Assembly: GCA_031362565.1 (NCBI GenBank)
Contig: JANLSU010000003.1
Span: 32,001-96,000 of the forward strand
Direction: 5' to 3'
Length of the DNA stretch: 64,000 nt
From: a bacterium
GTDB lineage: Bacteria; Krumholzibacteriota; Krumholzibacteriia; G020349025
Shown: positions 40,415 through 50,220 of the stretch, in pieces
Position numbering within the stretch: the stretch's first letter is position 1
Layout: every line of letters begins with the position of its first letter
Notes under the pieces: generated by a model
What the model was told of the DNA's origin: nothing
The model's database searches: none
Seen by the model: only the letters and a program-made list of their open reading frames with translations
Position numbers and translations under genes: made by a program

Positions 40415-42064
40415 ATGACGATGCGATTCTTCCGGACTCTTGTGTGTGTCGCACTCACCGCCGCAGCGCCGGCAGCGCCGGTCGCGGCCGCGACGGCGGC
40501 CACGGCCCAAGCTCCGGTGGGTGCACCCAAAGCCACCGTCGATCTCGCGACGGCCAGCGGGGCGCAACTCGTGAACGGCATCTGGCGCTACAGCGACGTG
40601 CAGATTGCCGGCGTCGATTTCCACGCCGCCGGACCCGACAACAAGCCCTCGGGGGCGCCGAATCGCACCGACGATTTCACGCCGCATGCGGGCGGCCTCG
40701 GTTTCGATGACTCGGCTTGGCAAGTGCTCGACCCGGCAACGCTCGACGCGCGGCGCGCCGGCGGCAAGCTGTGCTTCAACTGGTATCGCATCAACGTCAC
40801 GCTGCCGGAGCGCATCGGCACCTTCGATGTCACCGGCGCGACGGTGGTGTTCGAAGTGACCGTCGACGACTACGCCGAGATCTGGGTCGATGGCGAACTG
40901 CCGCGTGAACTCGGCCAAGCGGGCGGCAATCTCGTCGCCGGATGGAACGTGCCCAACCGTGTCGTACTGACGTCCGATGCCAAGCCGGGCCAGCACGTAC
41001 AGCTTGCCGTCTTCGGCATCAACGGTCCGATTTCGGACTCGCCCCATAACTACATTTGGGTGCGGAACGCCAAACTGCTCTTCTACAAAGCGCCGCACGC
41101 CCTCGTACCGGTGCCCGTTGCAACCCACATCGAATGGCTCGATCCGGCGCTCGACGCCATCGTGCCGGCCGGAGTCCAGATCGAGAAACTGGCGGAAGGT
41201 TTTTCGTTCATCGAGGGCCCGATTTGGCGGCCGGACGGCACGCTGCTCTTCAGCGAACCGAACGACAACAAGATTTGGCAATGGACGCCCGGCAACACCC
41301 TGTCGCTCTTCCTGGACAAGAGCGGCTATGACGGCGCCGACATCGCCGCCTACGGCCAGCCGGGTTCGAACGGTTTGACGCTGGACGCCCAAGGCCGCCT
41401 GACCATCGACCAGCATGGCAACCATCGCGTCGTGCGGCTCGAAAAGGACGGCGCACTCACGGTGCTCGCCGACCGCTATGAGGGCAAACGCCTCAACAGT
41501 CCCAACGACCTCGTCTACCGGTCCGACGGCACGCTCTATTTCACCGATCCACCTTTCGGACTGCCCAAGTTCTACGACGATCCGCGGCGCGAGCTCGATT
41601 TCTACGGCGTGTTCGCGCTCGAGAACGGCAAGTTGCGAGTCGTGAGCCGCGACTTCCGCGGTCCGAACGGACTGGCGTTCTCACCCGGCGAGAAATATCT
41701 CTACGTTTGCAACTGGGACGAGATGAAAAAGGTCGTGATGCGCTACGAAGTGCGCCGCGACGGCGGGCTCGAGCCCGGTACGCTCTTCTACGACATGACG
41801 CCGGCGCCCGGCAGCGAGGCTCTCGACGGCTTGAAGGTCGACCGGCGCGGCAATGTCTATGTATCCGGCCCGGGCGGCGTGTGGATCTTGTCGCCCGAGG
41901 GGAAGCACTTGGGCACTCTCCAAGGACCCGAACTGCCAGCCAACTTTGCCTGGGGCGACGCCGACGGCAAGACCCTCTATATGACGGCCCGCGGCGGCTT
42001 GTATCGCGTCCGGCTCGGCATCGAGGGCATCCGGCCGGAGCCGGAGCAGCAAACCAAGCGCTGA
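40415..42064 (+). CDS. SMP-30/gluconolactonase with N-terminal galactose-binding-like domain
   Basis: EGPIW, GSNGL, LNSPND, YFTDP, PNGLAFSP, DGLKVD; N-terminal WYR/VDDYAEIWVDG; signal peptide. Confidence 0.92.
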   Translation: MTMRFFRTLVCVALTAAAPAAPVAAATAATAQAPVGAPKATVDLATASGAQLVNGIWRYSDVQIAGVDFHAAGPDNKPSGAPNRTDDFTPHAGGLGFDDSAWQVLDPATLDARRAGGKLCFNWYRINVTLPERIGTFDVTGATVVFEVTVDDYAEIWVDGELPRELGQAGGNLVAGWNVPNRVVLTSDAKPGQHVQLAVFGINGPISDSPHNYIWVRNAKLLFYKAPHALVPVPVATHIEWLDPALDAIVPAGVQIEKLAEGFSFIEGPIWRPDGTLLFSEPNDNKIWQWTPGNTLSLFLDKSGYDGADIAAYGQPGSNGLTLDAQGRLTIDQHGNHRVVRLEKDGALTVLADRYEGKRLNSPNDLVYRSDGTLYFTDPPFGLPKFYDDPRRELDFYGVFALENGKLRVVSRDFRGPNGLAFSPGEKYLYVCNWDEMKKVVMRYEVRRDGGLEPGTLFYDMTPAPGSEALDGLKVDRRGNVYVSGPGGVWILSPEGKHLGTLQGPELPANFAWGDADGKTLYMTARGGLYRVRLGIEGIRPEPEQQTKR

Positions 42065-42246
42065 CCGTCCCGCCCACAGCCGCGCTCCCCTGTCACCCGC
42101 AGCGACACCGCCGGTGAACCCGGGTTGCAGTTTGCTCCTCCGCCGTCGCGCCGGCGCCGCTCCGACGCGGCGTCCGGCGCGGGGCACAGACCCTGCTCGT
42201 TTGCGACCTGGCCCCCCGTCGCCCGCGCCTCCCGGCCGGAGACCCC

Positions 42247-43305
42247 ATGTCGCCCTTTCGAATCCTCGCCGCGGTTTTGGCGGCGCAATGCGCCCGGGCG
42301 GGCGCCGCCCTCGCCGTGCCCTCGCAGTTCTCGGACGCGGCACCGCGTACCGCCCAGATCGACCGGCCGTTCAGCGTTCCATCGACGTTCGCAGCCGGCG
42401 GCGCCCCGGGCGACGACTTCGCGCACGCCTTCCTCATTCCGGACCTGCCGTATGCGGATACCGGCACGACGTGTGGGTTCCAAGACGATGTAACGTCGCC
42501 GTGTACATTTCTCGGCGGGGCGCCTGACGTCGTCTACGTGTACACCCCGCCCGCCGACGCCGTGGTGGATGTCGACGTCTGTGATGTGGCCTTCGACGCC
42601 TCGCTGCATGTCTACGCCGGTCCGGAGTGGAAGCCGGTCGCTTGCAATGACGACGCCTGCGGGCGCGGGGCGCGCATCGCCGGACTCGAACTCCAGGCCG
42701 GGGTTGATTACTACTTTGTAATCGACGGTTGGAATGGGACCTGTGGCGGCTATCGGCTGGCAATTCTGATCGATCCCGTCTTGTGTCAATTGGACACGCC
42801 GCCGAACGCGCGGTACGAGGGCGAGCCGGACTGCCACGCGGGTGTGTACGATGCTTACAATCGGGGTTGCAACGACTACCCCTACTCCTTCACCACCATC
42901 GAGTGCGGCGATTCGACCGTCGTCGTCGCGGGCACCTACGGCACCTATCGCTACTACGACGAGGATTTCCGCGACACCGACTGGTACCAACTCAACTTGC
43001 ATCATCCCGGCCTGTTGGAGTGTTCGGTGCTGGGTGGCGCGCCGACCCAACTGGCTATTTTGGACGGCCGGGAGGGCTGTGAGGGGTGGAGCGCGATCGC
43101 CGGGCCGGCCTTGGGAGAGGCCTGCGAACCCATCGCCTGCCAGGCGGCGCTCGAGCCCGGGACCTATTTCATCTTCGTCGCGACCCGGTGGTATGCCGGA
43201 ATCCGTTGCGGGACTCGTTACCTCCTCTCGGTGCGCGGCCACCGCTGCCCGCCGATCGCGGTGCGAACCGCGACGTGGGGCGAGGTCAAGCAACGCTATC
43301 GGTGA
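42247..43305 (+). CDS. Cys-rich secreted protein with TWGEVKQRYR tail
   Basis: Signal peptide; APDVVY, CNDD, YYFVIDGW, RDTDWY; paralog of next gene. Confidence 0.85.
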   Translation: MSPFRILAAVLAAQCARAGAALAVPSQFSDAAPRTAQIDRPFSVPSTFAAGGAPGDDFAHAFLIPDLPYADTGTTCGFQDDVTSPCTFLGGAPDVVYVYTPPADAVVDVDVCDVAFDASLHVYAGPEWKPVACNDDACGRGARIAGLELQAGVDYYFVIDGWNGTCGGYRLAILIDPVLCQLDTPPNARYEGEPDCHAGVYDAYNRGCNDYPYSFTTIECGDSTVVVAGTYGTYRYYDEDFRDTDWYQLNLHHPGLLECSVLGGAPTQLAILDGREGCEGWSAIAGPALGEACEPIACQAALEPGTYFIFVATRWYAGIRCGTRYLLSVRGHRCPPIAVRTATWGEVKQRYR

Positions 43306-43582
43306 GTCGAGGGGCGCGCGGGCCCGAGCGCGCGAAAAAACCCACCACGAAAAACGGCACCGCGCGGTCCTCGCTGCGATCTGTCCTTGACCCACATGCA
43401 CGCGGCCCCGTAGGGTAGAGAAGTAATCTTTAAGTATCCGAAGCGGAAAACCAGGATCGTTCGCGTCCAACCAAGGCGTGGGAAGTTCTGGCATTCCGCC
43501 TCTTCGCGGTTCTCCCCAATTTGCACCCTGCGGGCGAGAGCTGAGTGCCTCACTGCGAAGACCAACAAGGAGCCGCAGCATC

Positions 43583-44647
43583 ATGAAGAAGATCGCTATC
43601 TCGCTCACCGCATGTCTTTTACTCGCAATGGCCGGCCAGGCCTTTGCGGCGCGCAGCGATTATTTCGGGAAGGCGCAGCCACCCAAGGACGTCAAGAACG
43701 GCAAACCACAAGCAGGCCCGTCACGCTATCCGCAGACCCAGGCCGGCGGCGAGAACTTCGGTAGCGCGACCGTCATTCCGAGCCTGCCCTATTTGGATAC
43801 CGGCAACACCTGCGGCAACGTCGATGACGTGTTCCCGCCTTGCGCCTTCGCAGGCCTGTCGACGGCCCCGGACGTGGTGTACGCCTACACCCCGACGACC
43901 GACCAGTGCGTCACCTTGGACATGTGCAACTCCTTCTACGACACGATCCTGCACGTCTACGACCAAGGCTTCAACCTGGTGGATTGCAACGACGACTTCT
44001 GTGGCCTGCAGTCGACGATCGAGAACCTGGTTCTCGTCGGTGGCGTGACGTACTACTTCGTCGTCGACGGCTGGAACCTGTCGTGCGGCGACTATGAACT
44101 CGCCATCACCGAGTGCCCGCCGCCGTGCTCATCGGCGTGCCCCCCCGGCGCGATCTCGGAAGGCGAGCCGCCGTGCTCGACCGACTATGTCGACGCGACC
44201 AACGGTGGCTGCAACTCCACCCCGCCGGTGTTCTCGAACATCGAATGCAACGAACTCGGCGTGGAGATCTGCGGCACGTACGGCACGTACGGCTTCCAAG
44301 GCCAGTCCTTCCGCGACACCGACTGGTACGAGTTCACCTGCGAAACCACCAAGACGGTCAACTTCTGCGTCTGCGGTTCGCAGGCCACGCAGATCGCAAT
44401 CCTGGACGCGGGCCAGGGCTGCGGCAACATCACCCTCGTGTGCGGTTCCGTATTCGGCGACCCGGGCCAGCAAGTGTGCTGCACGGCAGTGTTGCCGCCC
44501 GGTACCTACTGGCTGTTCGTCGGCACCGACGGCTTCGACGGCATCCCGTGCGGATCGCCCTACGTGCTGACGTTAGACGGCCTCTCGTGCCCGCCAGTTG
44601 CTGCCACGCCGGCCAGCTGGACGCACATGAAGTCCATCTACCGGTAA
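43583..44647 (+). CDS. Cys-rich secreted protein with SWTHMKSIYR tail
   Basis: AAGGAG RBS; signal peptide AFA-A; same motifs as 42247-43305; more than 20 Cys. Confidence 0.88.
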   Translation: MKKIAISLTACLLLAMAGQAFAARSDYFGKAQPPKDVKNGKPQAGPSRYPQTQAGGENFGSATVIPSLPYLDTGNTCGNVDDVFPPCAFAGLSTAPDVVYAYTPTTDQCVTLDMCNSFYDTILHVYDQGFNLVDCNDDFCGLQSTIENLVLVGGVTYYFVVDGWNLSCGDYELAITECPPPCSSACPPGAISEGEPPCSTDYVDATNGGCNSTPPVFSNIECNELGVEICGTYGTYGFQGQSFRDTDWYEFTCETTKTVNFCVCGSQATQIAILDAGQGCGNITLVCGSVFGDPGQQVCCTAVLPPGTYWLFVGTDGFDGIPCGSPYVLTLDGLSCPPVAATPASWTHMKSIYR

Positions 44648-44683
44648 GCAAGCCTCGGCAGATTCACGGAGTCTCGTGACGGA

Positions 44684-44719
44684 AACGGGCGCCCAACCGG
44701 GCGCCCGTTCTGTTTTCTT
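44684..44719 (+). terminator. Intrinsic terminator
   Basis: AACGGGCGCCC-AACC-GGGCGCCCGTT then CTGTTTTCTT. Confidence 0.8.
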
Positions 44720-44818
44720 GACACGTTGCGCTCCCGGCTAGGACGATGCGTTGACCCTGATCGGCGCCCCCGTGGGCGGCGCCGGCCCGTCAGGGGATTG
44801 TTCGTGCAAGGAGGATTC

Positions 44819-45379
44819 ATGCGACGACACTTCGGGCGAACGCTGCTGCTCTGCATGGCAGCAGCGGCGCTCCTCATCCCCGCCGGCGCGCTCGGATTGA
44901 GCGTGGGCGTCGGTGTCTTTGGCGGCGCGAGCATTCCCGTCATTCAAGACGACGCTGCAAGTGGCACGCAATTCGGTGTGCGGGTGCCCGTGCATCCCAT
45001 CCCGCTTCTGACCGTGGAGCCGTTCTACGCCCGGTCGGGGCTCGGTGACGTCACCCAAACATTTGGCGGCATCGAGTACACGCGCTCCGGGTTCGATGTC
45101 GACACGTTTGGCGTCAATGTCGCGTTGGGCGGTGCGGGGCTCGTCGGCGGGCTGCCGTTCTATCCGTATGCCGGCATCATGTCGCAACACTTGAAACGTC
45201 CTGGAACCGACCGGACCGAGGTTGGCTACGCCGCCGGTCTCGGGCTCGGGTTGTCGGTGCCGATGGGAATCAATGTCACCGCGCGCGGCGAATTCAATCT
45301 CATCAAAACCGGCGAAACGTCGCGCAAGTTCGCCAATGTGACACTGGGTGTCACCAAGACACTCACCTCGTTCCCCTGA
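44819..45379 (+). CDS. Outer-membrane beta-barrel protein (about 8 strands)
   Basis: GGAGG RBS, signal peptide, FYPYAGI, GYAAGLGL strands. Confidence 0.75.
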   Translation: MRRHFGRTLLLCMAAAALLIPAGALGLSVGVGVFGGASIPVIQDDAASGTQFGVRVPVHPIPLLTVEPFYARSGLGDVTQTFGGIEYTRSGFDVDTFGVNVALGGAGLVGGLPFYPYAGIMSQHLKRPGTDRTEVGYAAGLGLGLSVPMGINVTARGEFNLIKTGETSRKFANVTLGVTKTLTSFP

Positions 45380-45392
45380 AGGGAGGCTGCAA

Positions 45393-45953
45393 ATGCGTAT
45401 TTCGAAGTCTGTCTATCGCGCCGCGGCTGTGGCTACCCTGGCCGGAGTGCTGAGTGGAACCGGCTGCTTGTTGACGTCGGGGCAGGTGCTGATTTCGTTC
45501 GATCTCACGAACCCGATCACCGTGCCCACCGTCACGACTGCGATTCGCGTGCCGGTCGATCTCAACTCGATCGGTGACTACAGCGACCACAAGGGCGATT
45601 TGTCGGATCTTGCCGATCTGGCACTCGTGGGCGATGTTACGAACGGCAACACCGCGACCAGCATCGAGTTCTGGATCACCCCCGGCGCGACGAACCTCGC
45701 GGACGCCACCGCCGTCCGCGCCGACCCCACTGCGATCCAGCTCTGGGGTCCGCTGAGTCTCGGCGTCAACGAGACGCGGCGGATCGATTGGGACGCTTCG
45801 GCGGCATTGTTCACCGGCCGCCAAGCGCTTCTCGACGAGATCAAGGGTGATGGTGCGTTCACGCTGTACGCGCTCGCGTCGTCGACGGCGTTGGCCGCCA
45901 ACTTCACGATCAACAACGGCGTGCTCATTCTAGTGCTCGACGCGGGGATTTGA
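45393..45953 (+). CDS. Hypothetical beta-rich lipoprotein
   Basis: GGAGG RBS, lipobox SGTGC. Confidence 0.75.
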   Translation: MRISKSVYRAAAVATLAGVLSGTGCLLTSGQVLISFDLTNPITVPTVTTAIRVPVDLNSIGDYSDHKGDLSDLADLALVGDVTNGNTATSIEFWITPGATNLADATAVRADPTAIQLWGPLSLGVNETRRIDWDASAALFTGRQALLDEIKGDGAFTLYALASSTALAANFTINNGVLILVLDAGI

Positions 45954-46000
45954 TCCACGACAAGGGGCGCGGCGGCGGCAACCACGCCGCCGTGCCTTCT

Positions 46001-46486
46001 TCAGTCCCGCATGTTGATGAACTGTAGGTCGACACCCAGGTCGAGCTTGCGCAGGATCTGGATGACGGATTGTAGATCGTCGAGTTTCTTACCGCTCACC
46101 CGCACTTGATCGTCCTGGATTTGCGCCTGCACCTTGAGTTTGGCGCCTTTGATGGTTTTGACGATCTCGCGGCCCTTCTCGACCTCGATGCCTTCCTTGA
46201 GCTTGATGGCTTGCCGGAAGGACGACTTCGCACCGGGCTCCACTTTGCCCGGATCGAGGTTCTTGAGCGACACCTTGCGCTTGACGAGTTTATCCTGCAG
46301 CACTTCGAAGGCCGCTTCGATGCGGCCTTCCGTGCTCGAGCGAATCACGAATCCATCTTCGGTGCGCTCGAGTTCGGTGCCGGTCTCCTTGAAATCGTAG
46401 CGGGTCGCCAATTCCTTGACGACTTGCTGGAAAGCGTTTTGAACTTCGGCTTTGTCGACCTTGTTCACGACGTCGAACGATGGCAT
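46001..46486 (-). CDS. yajQ: YajQ family nucleotide/c-di-GMP-binding protein
   Basis: MPSFDVV, RYDFK, QAQIQDDQVRVSGKK, LQFINMRD. Confidence 0.96.
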   Translation of the reverse strand: MPSFDVVNKVDKAEVQNAFQQVVKELATRYDFKETGTELERTEDGFVIRSSTEGRIEAAFEVLQDKLVKRKVSLKNLDPGKVEPGAKSSFRQAIKLKEGIEVEKGREIVKTIKGAKLKVQAQIQDDQVRVSGKKLDDLQSVIQILRKLDLGVDLQFINMRD

Positions 46487-46550
46487 GTGACCCTACCTCC
46501 GGCCGCTGAAAATGGCCGATCGAGGCGCGAGCCGTCAATGGTGGGCTTTT

Positions 46551-48044
46551 TCAGGCGCTGGCAAGGGCCTCGCGCGGCGCCGGCGCCTTCGAGCCCGCGC
46601 GGTCGAGGATCGCCTTGAACTCGCTGCGATTCGGCGCCTTGTTGAGCGCTTCGTCCGGATCGACAGCGCCGCTCTTGACGATCTCGAGAAGGGCGTCGTT
46701 CATCGTCACCATGCCGAGGGCTCGGCCGGTCTGCATCATGCTCGCGATCTGGAACGTTTTGCCCTCGCGGATGAGGTTGCTGATCGCCGGCGTGACAATG
46801 AGGATTTCCTGCGCCGCGACCCGCCCGCCACCTTTTTTCTTGAGCAGCATCTGGGCGACGACGCCGCGCAGGCTCTCCGACAGCATGGTGCGGATCTGCG
46901 CCTGCCGGTCGGTCGGGAACTGGTCGATGATGCGGTCGACAGCGCCGGCGGCGGTGTTGGTGTGCAGTGTCCCGAACACCAGGTGCCCGGTCTCGGCGGT
47001 TTCGATCGCGATTGCCACCGTTTCGAGGTCGCGCATCTCGCCCACCAAGACGATGTCCGGATCCTCGCGCAGCGCGGCGCGCAGCGCCTGTTTGAACCCG
47101 TCCGTGTGGTTGCGCACCTCACGTTGGTTCACGAGGCATTTCTTGCTCGCATACACGAACTCGATCGGATCCTCGATCGTGATGACGTGCGCCGACCGGG
47201 TGCTGTTTACGTAGTCGATCATCGCCGCGAGTGTAGTCGACTTCCCAGAACCCGTCGGGCCGGTCACCAACACGAGACCCTTCTGGAGGTTGCAGAGCTC
47301 CAGGACCGCCTTCGGCAACCCCAGTTCTTGCGCTGTCGGAATCTTGCTCGGAATCACCCGAAACACCGCTCCGACACCGCGCCGGTCCACGAAGAGGTTG
47401 GATCGAAAGCGTGCAACGTTGGCAATTTCGTACGAAAAATCGGTGTCGTGATGCGCCGCGAACTCGTCGCGATTGAGCTCCGGCGTGATCTCGAGGAGCA
47501 TCTCACGCAGCGTGTCGTTGTCGAGCGGCGTGGTCTCGCCAAGTGCCACCATCTCGCCGTCCTTGCGGAAGAGCGGCGGGTTGCCCACCGAAAGATGCAG
47601 GTCGGAGCATTTCTCTTGGATCATCTTCTGAAACAGCGCGTCAATGCGCGGCCGGTTGCCCGCGGCGCGTGGCGCCATGGATGAAGCAATTTTCGGCGCG
47701 GCCGGCACCGGCATTGCCGCAACGGGCGCGGCAGACGGCGCCACCCCTTGCAGCCGGACTTCGACCTGCATGGTGGCACTCGTGCCGCGGACCCGGACCG
47801 TCACGCGGCCGACCGGTGCGTCGTAGAGAAATTCGCGTCCAGTGGCGGTAGAGACGATTTGGGTCGTGTCGACCGGCAGGATTTCCTGCACGAGTTCCTG
47901 GACCTGTGCCGCGGTGACCGGCTGCGCCGATGCCGGGCGCCGTTGATCGCCGGCGAGCAGAGCCACGCGTTCGTTGGCACTGAACACGACGCCGTCGGAA
48001 GGATACTTCGACAGCAACGCCAAGAATTTGTCGATTTGAGCCAC
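46551..48044 (-). CDS. pilT: PilT/PilU-family type IV pilus ATPase with extra N-terminal domain
   Basis: SDLHL, GPTGSGKSTT, TIEDPIE, LVGEMRD, GTLHT, AISNLIRE; GTG 48044 with GGAGG RBS. Confidence 0.93.
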   Translation of the reverse strand: MAQIDKFLALLSKYPSDGVVFSANERVALLAGDQRRPASAQPVTAAQVQELVQEILPVDTTQIVSTATGREFLYDAPVGRVTVRVRGTSATMQVEVRLQGVAPSAAPVAAMPVPAAPKIASSMAPRAAGNRPRIDALFQKMIQEKCSDLHLSVGNPPLFRKDGEMVALGETTPLDNDTLREMLLEITPELNRDEFAAHHDTDFSYEIANVARFRSNLFVDRRGVGAVFRVIPSKIPTAQELGLPKAVLELCNLQKGLVLVTGPTGSGKSTTLAAMIDYVNSTRSAHVITIEDPIEFVYASKKCLVNQREVRNHTDGFKQALRAALREDPDIVLVGEMRDLETVAIAIETAETGHLVFGTLHTNTAAGAVDRIIDQFPTDRQAQIRTMLSESLRGVVAQMLLKKKGGGRVAAQEILIVTPAISNLIREGKTFQIASMMQTGRALGMVTMNDALLEIVKSGAVDPDEALNKAPNRSEFKAILDRAGSKAPAPREALASA

Positions 48045-48064
48045 TGCATGCCCTCCAAGGCCGC

Positions 48065-48544
48065 TCAGTCTTGGTTGATCCAAAGAACGCGGGTCTTGTT
48101 GATGAGCCGGGCATGCTCGCCATCACGCAGGCGGAAGAAGCGCTCGTTGTTGTTCAAGAAGTCTTGCACGCGCCGCTGCCCCTCCGGCATCACGTACGCG
48201 ACATCACCCGCCAGGATCGAGCCGTCTTCCAATGACACTTCGATATGGCGGTGCGTTTGCTGCTGGATGGCAATATCCAGGAGCAGCATTTCATCCTCGG
48301 TGTATTCCAGTTCGGCCGGCACTGAGACCATGGTAATGGCATCGAGATTGAGGAACACGAGCGAGTCGCGTTCGAGCACCGGAAGAAAGCGCCGGCTGCC
48401 GTTCAGGACGTCGATCGGGCGTTCGTGGCCCGAATGCGTCTCGGCGCGTTCACTCAGGAACATGCTCACTTCGCGCGTGCGGCGCCCCGTGAGCGCAACC
48501 TGGGCGTTGATACGCACCCGTGGAACTCGAAACACCTCAGTCAT
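48065..48544 (-). CDS. Uncharacterised protein with two internal repeats (DUF6812-like), copy 1
   Basis: Two halves each with R..D.LN...F and xxLxN motifs; paralog at 50221-50700. Confidence 0.85.
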   Translation of the reverse strand: MTEVFRVPRVRINAQVALTGRRTREVSMFLSERAETHSGHERPIDVLNGSRRFLPVLERDSLVFLNLDAITMVSVPAELEYTEDEMLLLDIAIQQQTHRHIEVSLEDGSILAGDVAYVMPEGQRRVQDFLNNNERFFRLRDGEHARLINKTRVLWINQD

Positions 48545-48591
48545 GACCCCGCCTGGAGATGGCTAGTAACGGTTCCCCGTGGCCTCAAACG

Positions 48592-48607
48592 GCAAGATGC
48601 GTTCCGG
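48592..48607 (-). promoter_or_regulatory. sigma54-type promoter, copy 1
   Basis: CCGGAACGCATCTTGC, GG-N10-GC, 48 nt upstream of start. Confidence 0.6.
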
Positions 48608-48695
48608 TTCTGCGGCGAACGTACGCACGAGGTGTGATCGTTCCCCAGAGGCGCGATCGCGGGCTCGAGTCTGGAACGCGGGGCTCAAATCTCGT

Positions 48696-50168
48696 TCAAC
48701 TGCAGTAGGTCACCCAGAGCGAAATGAGTAGTACCCCTGCCAGATCCAGTAGCACGCCATAGCGCACCATGTCACGGATTCGTACGTGGCCGGTGGCATA
48801 AACCAGAGCATTGGGCGGGGTGGAAACCGGCAGCATGAATCCGAAGGAGCAGGCCACCGTGGCGGCGATCGCCGGCTTCACCGGATCCATGTCGGCCGCC
48901 TGCGCCAGAGCCAGCACCACCGGCACCACCAAGGTGGCGCTCGCAGTGTTGCTCGTCACCTCGCTCACCGCGACCGCCATGAGCGTCGATGCAAGCACGA
49001 TCCCGAGCGTCCCGTGCAGCGGCATGACGGAGAAAATGCCCTCACCCAACGCGCGCGCCAGTCCAGTGTCGAACATGAGGCCGCCGAGCGACAGGCCACC
49101 GCCGAAGAGCAGCAACGTCGACCAATCGATGCGCTGCAGCACATCGACAGCCAGAATGCGCGGAGCGCGTTCCGTTTCCGCAGCCAGGCGGCGCCGCGCC
49201 GGCAGCAGGAACAACGCGAGCCCGCCGAGGAGCGGTACGCAGGTTTCCGGCAAGCGCGCCGTCCATTCTTGCAGCCACGTTGCCTCTCGCAGGCGGGTTG
49301 CCTGCAGGATTCCCGGCAGGATCCAACAGACGATCACAGTTCCATAGAGCGGCAGCAGAATTTTTTCGGCCAGCGACCAGGGCCCAAGTGATTCGCTGTC
49401 CGGCGCCACGGCCGCTTGATCCGCCGCGCTGTGGCGTTCGTTGCGCCCGATGAAATGAAACCAGGCGGCGGCGAGCGCCGTGAACACGAGCGCGAGCGGC
49501 GCGAAGGTCGCGCACCAGCGCGCGAACGAGACGGTCGCGCCGGTACCGGTCGCCAGCAACCGCAGCCCGATGAGATTCGGTGCGGTGCCGACGGGCGTCG
49601 CAATGCCGCCCAAAGACGGCGCGAAGGCCGCCATCAACAGCAGTCCGGTGAGCCGCCGCCGCCCGACGCGCCCGACGGCCGTGAGCGCCACGGGCAGAAT
49701 GAGCGCCGTTGTCGCCGTGTTGTTCACCCACGCTGAAATGCCGCAGCCGATGGCTGCCACGGCCCACAAGAGCCGCGCCGGCTCGCGCCGCACGCGCTCG
49801 TGGCGCAACACCGAATGCGTCAGACGCGCCTGCAACCCGTGCTCGAACGCCGCCGTAGTCAGCAAGAAGGTACCGAAGAACAAGAAGAGAATCGGATCCC
49901 CGAAGCCCGCGAACGCCAGTTTGGGATCAGCGATGCGTAAGAGCACCGCGAGCGCAGGAATGAGCAGCGATGTCCAAGCGATGGGGACGGCTTCACTCAC
50001 CCACAGGCCGGCAGCCACCGTCAGCAGGACGAGAGTGCCGTGGGCGCGCGGTTCGAGGTGCGGAATCGGGACGAGAGCGACGCCGGCGGCGATCGCGGCA
50101 ACACCCAGCAAGACCCAGGGGCGAACCGGGGCCGTGGCGCGCGCAGGATCGTTGCCGGTGGAAGTCAT
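48696..50168 (-). CDS. DASS/SLC13 sodium:anion symporter
   Basis: NNTATT, ATPVGTAPN, SNTASA, MLPVSTPPNA. Confidence 0.94.
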   Translation of the reverse strand: MTSTGNDPARATAPVRPWVLLGVAAIAAGVALVPIPHLEPRAHGTLVLLTVAAGLWVSEAVPIAWTSLLIPALAVLLRIADPKLAFAGFGDPILFLFFGTFLLTTAAFEHGLQARLTHSVLRHERVRREPARLLWAVAAIGCGISAWVNNTATTALILPVALTAVGRVGRRRLTGLLLMAAFAPSLGGIATPVGTAPNLIGLRLLATGTGATVSFARWCATFAPLALVFTALAAAWFHFIGRNERHSAADQAAVAPDSESLGPWSLAEKILLPLYGTVIVCWILPGILQATRLREATWLQEWTARLPETCVPLLGGLALFLLPARRRLAAETERAPRILAVDVLQRIDWSTLLLFGGGLSLGGLMFDTGLARALGEGIFSVMPLHGTLGIVLASTLMAVAVSEVTSNTASATLVVPVVLALAQAADMDPVKPAIAATVACSFGFMLPVSTPPNALVYATGHVRIRDMVRYGVLLDLAGVLLISLWVTYCS

Positions 50169-50220
50169 GGCGCGGCATCGTAGCAGGCGTGCCGCGCCAG
50201 AGCCAGCGCCGGAACCGCGG

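Noticed and set aside
42183..42196. GGCACAGACCCTGC as a sigma54 promoter
   Set aside because: Spacing fits but the -12 element is CTGC in a GC-rich context; too weak to list.
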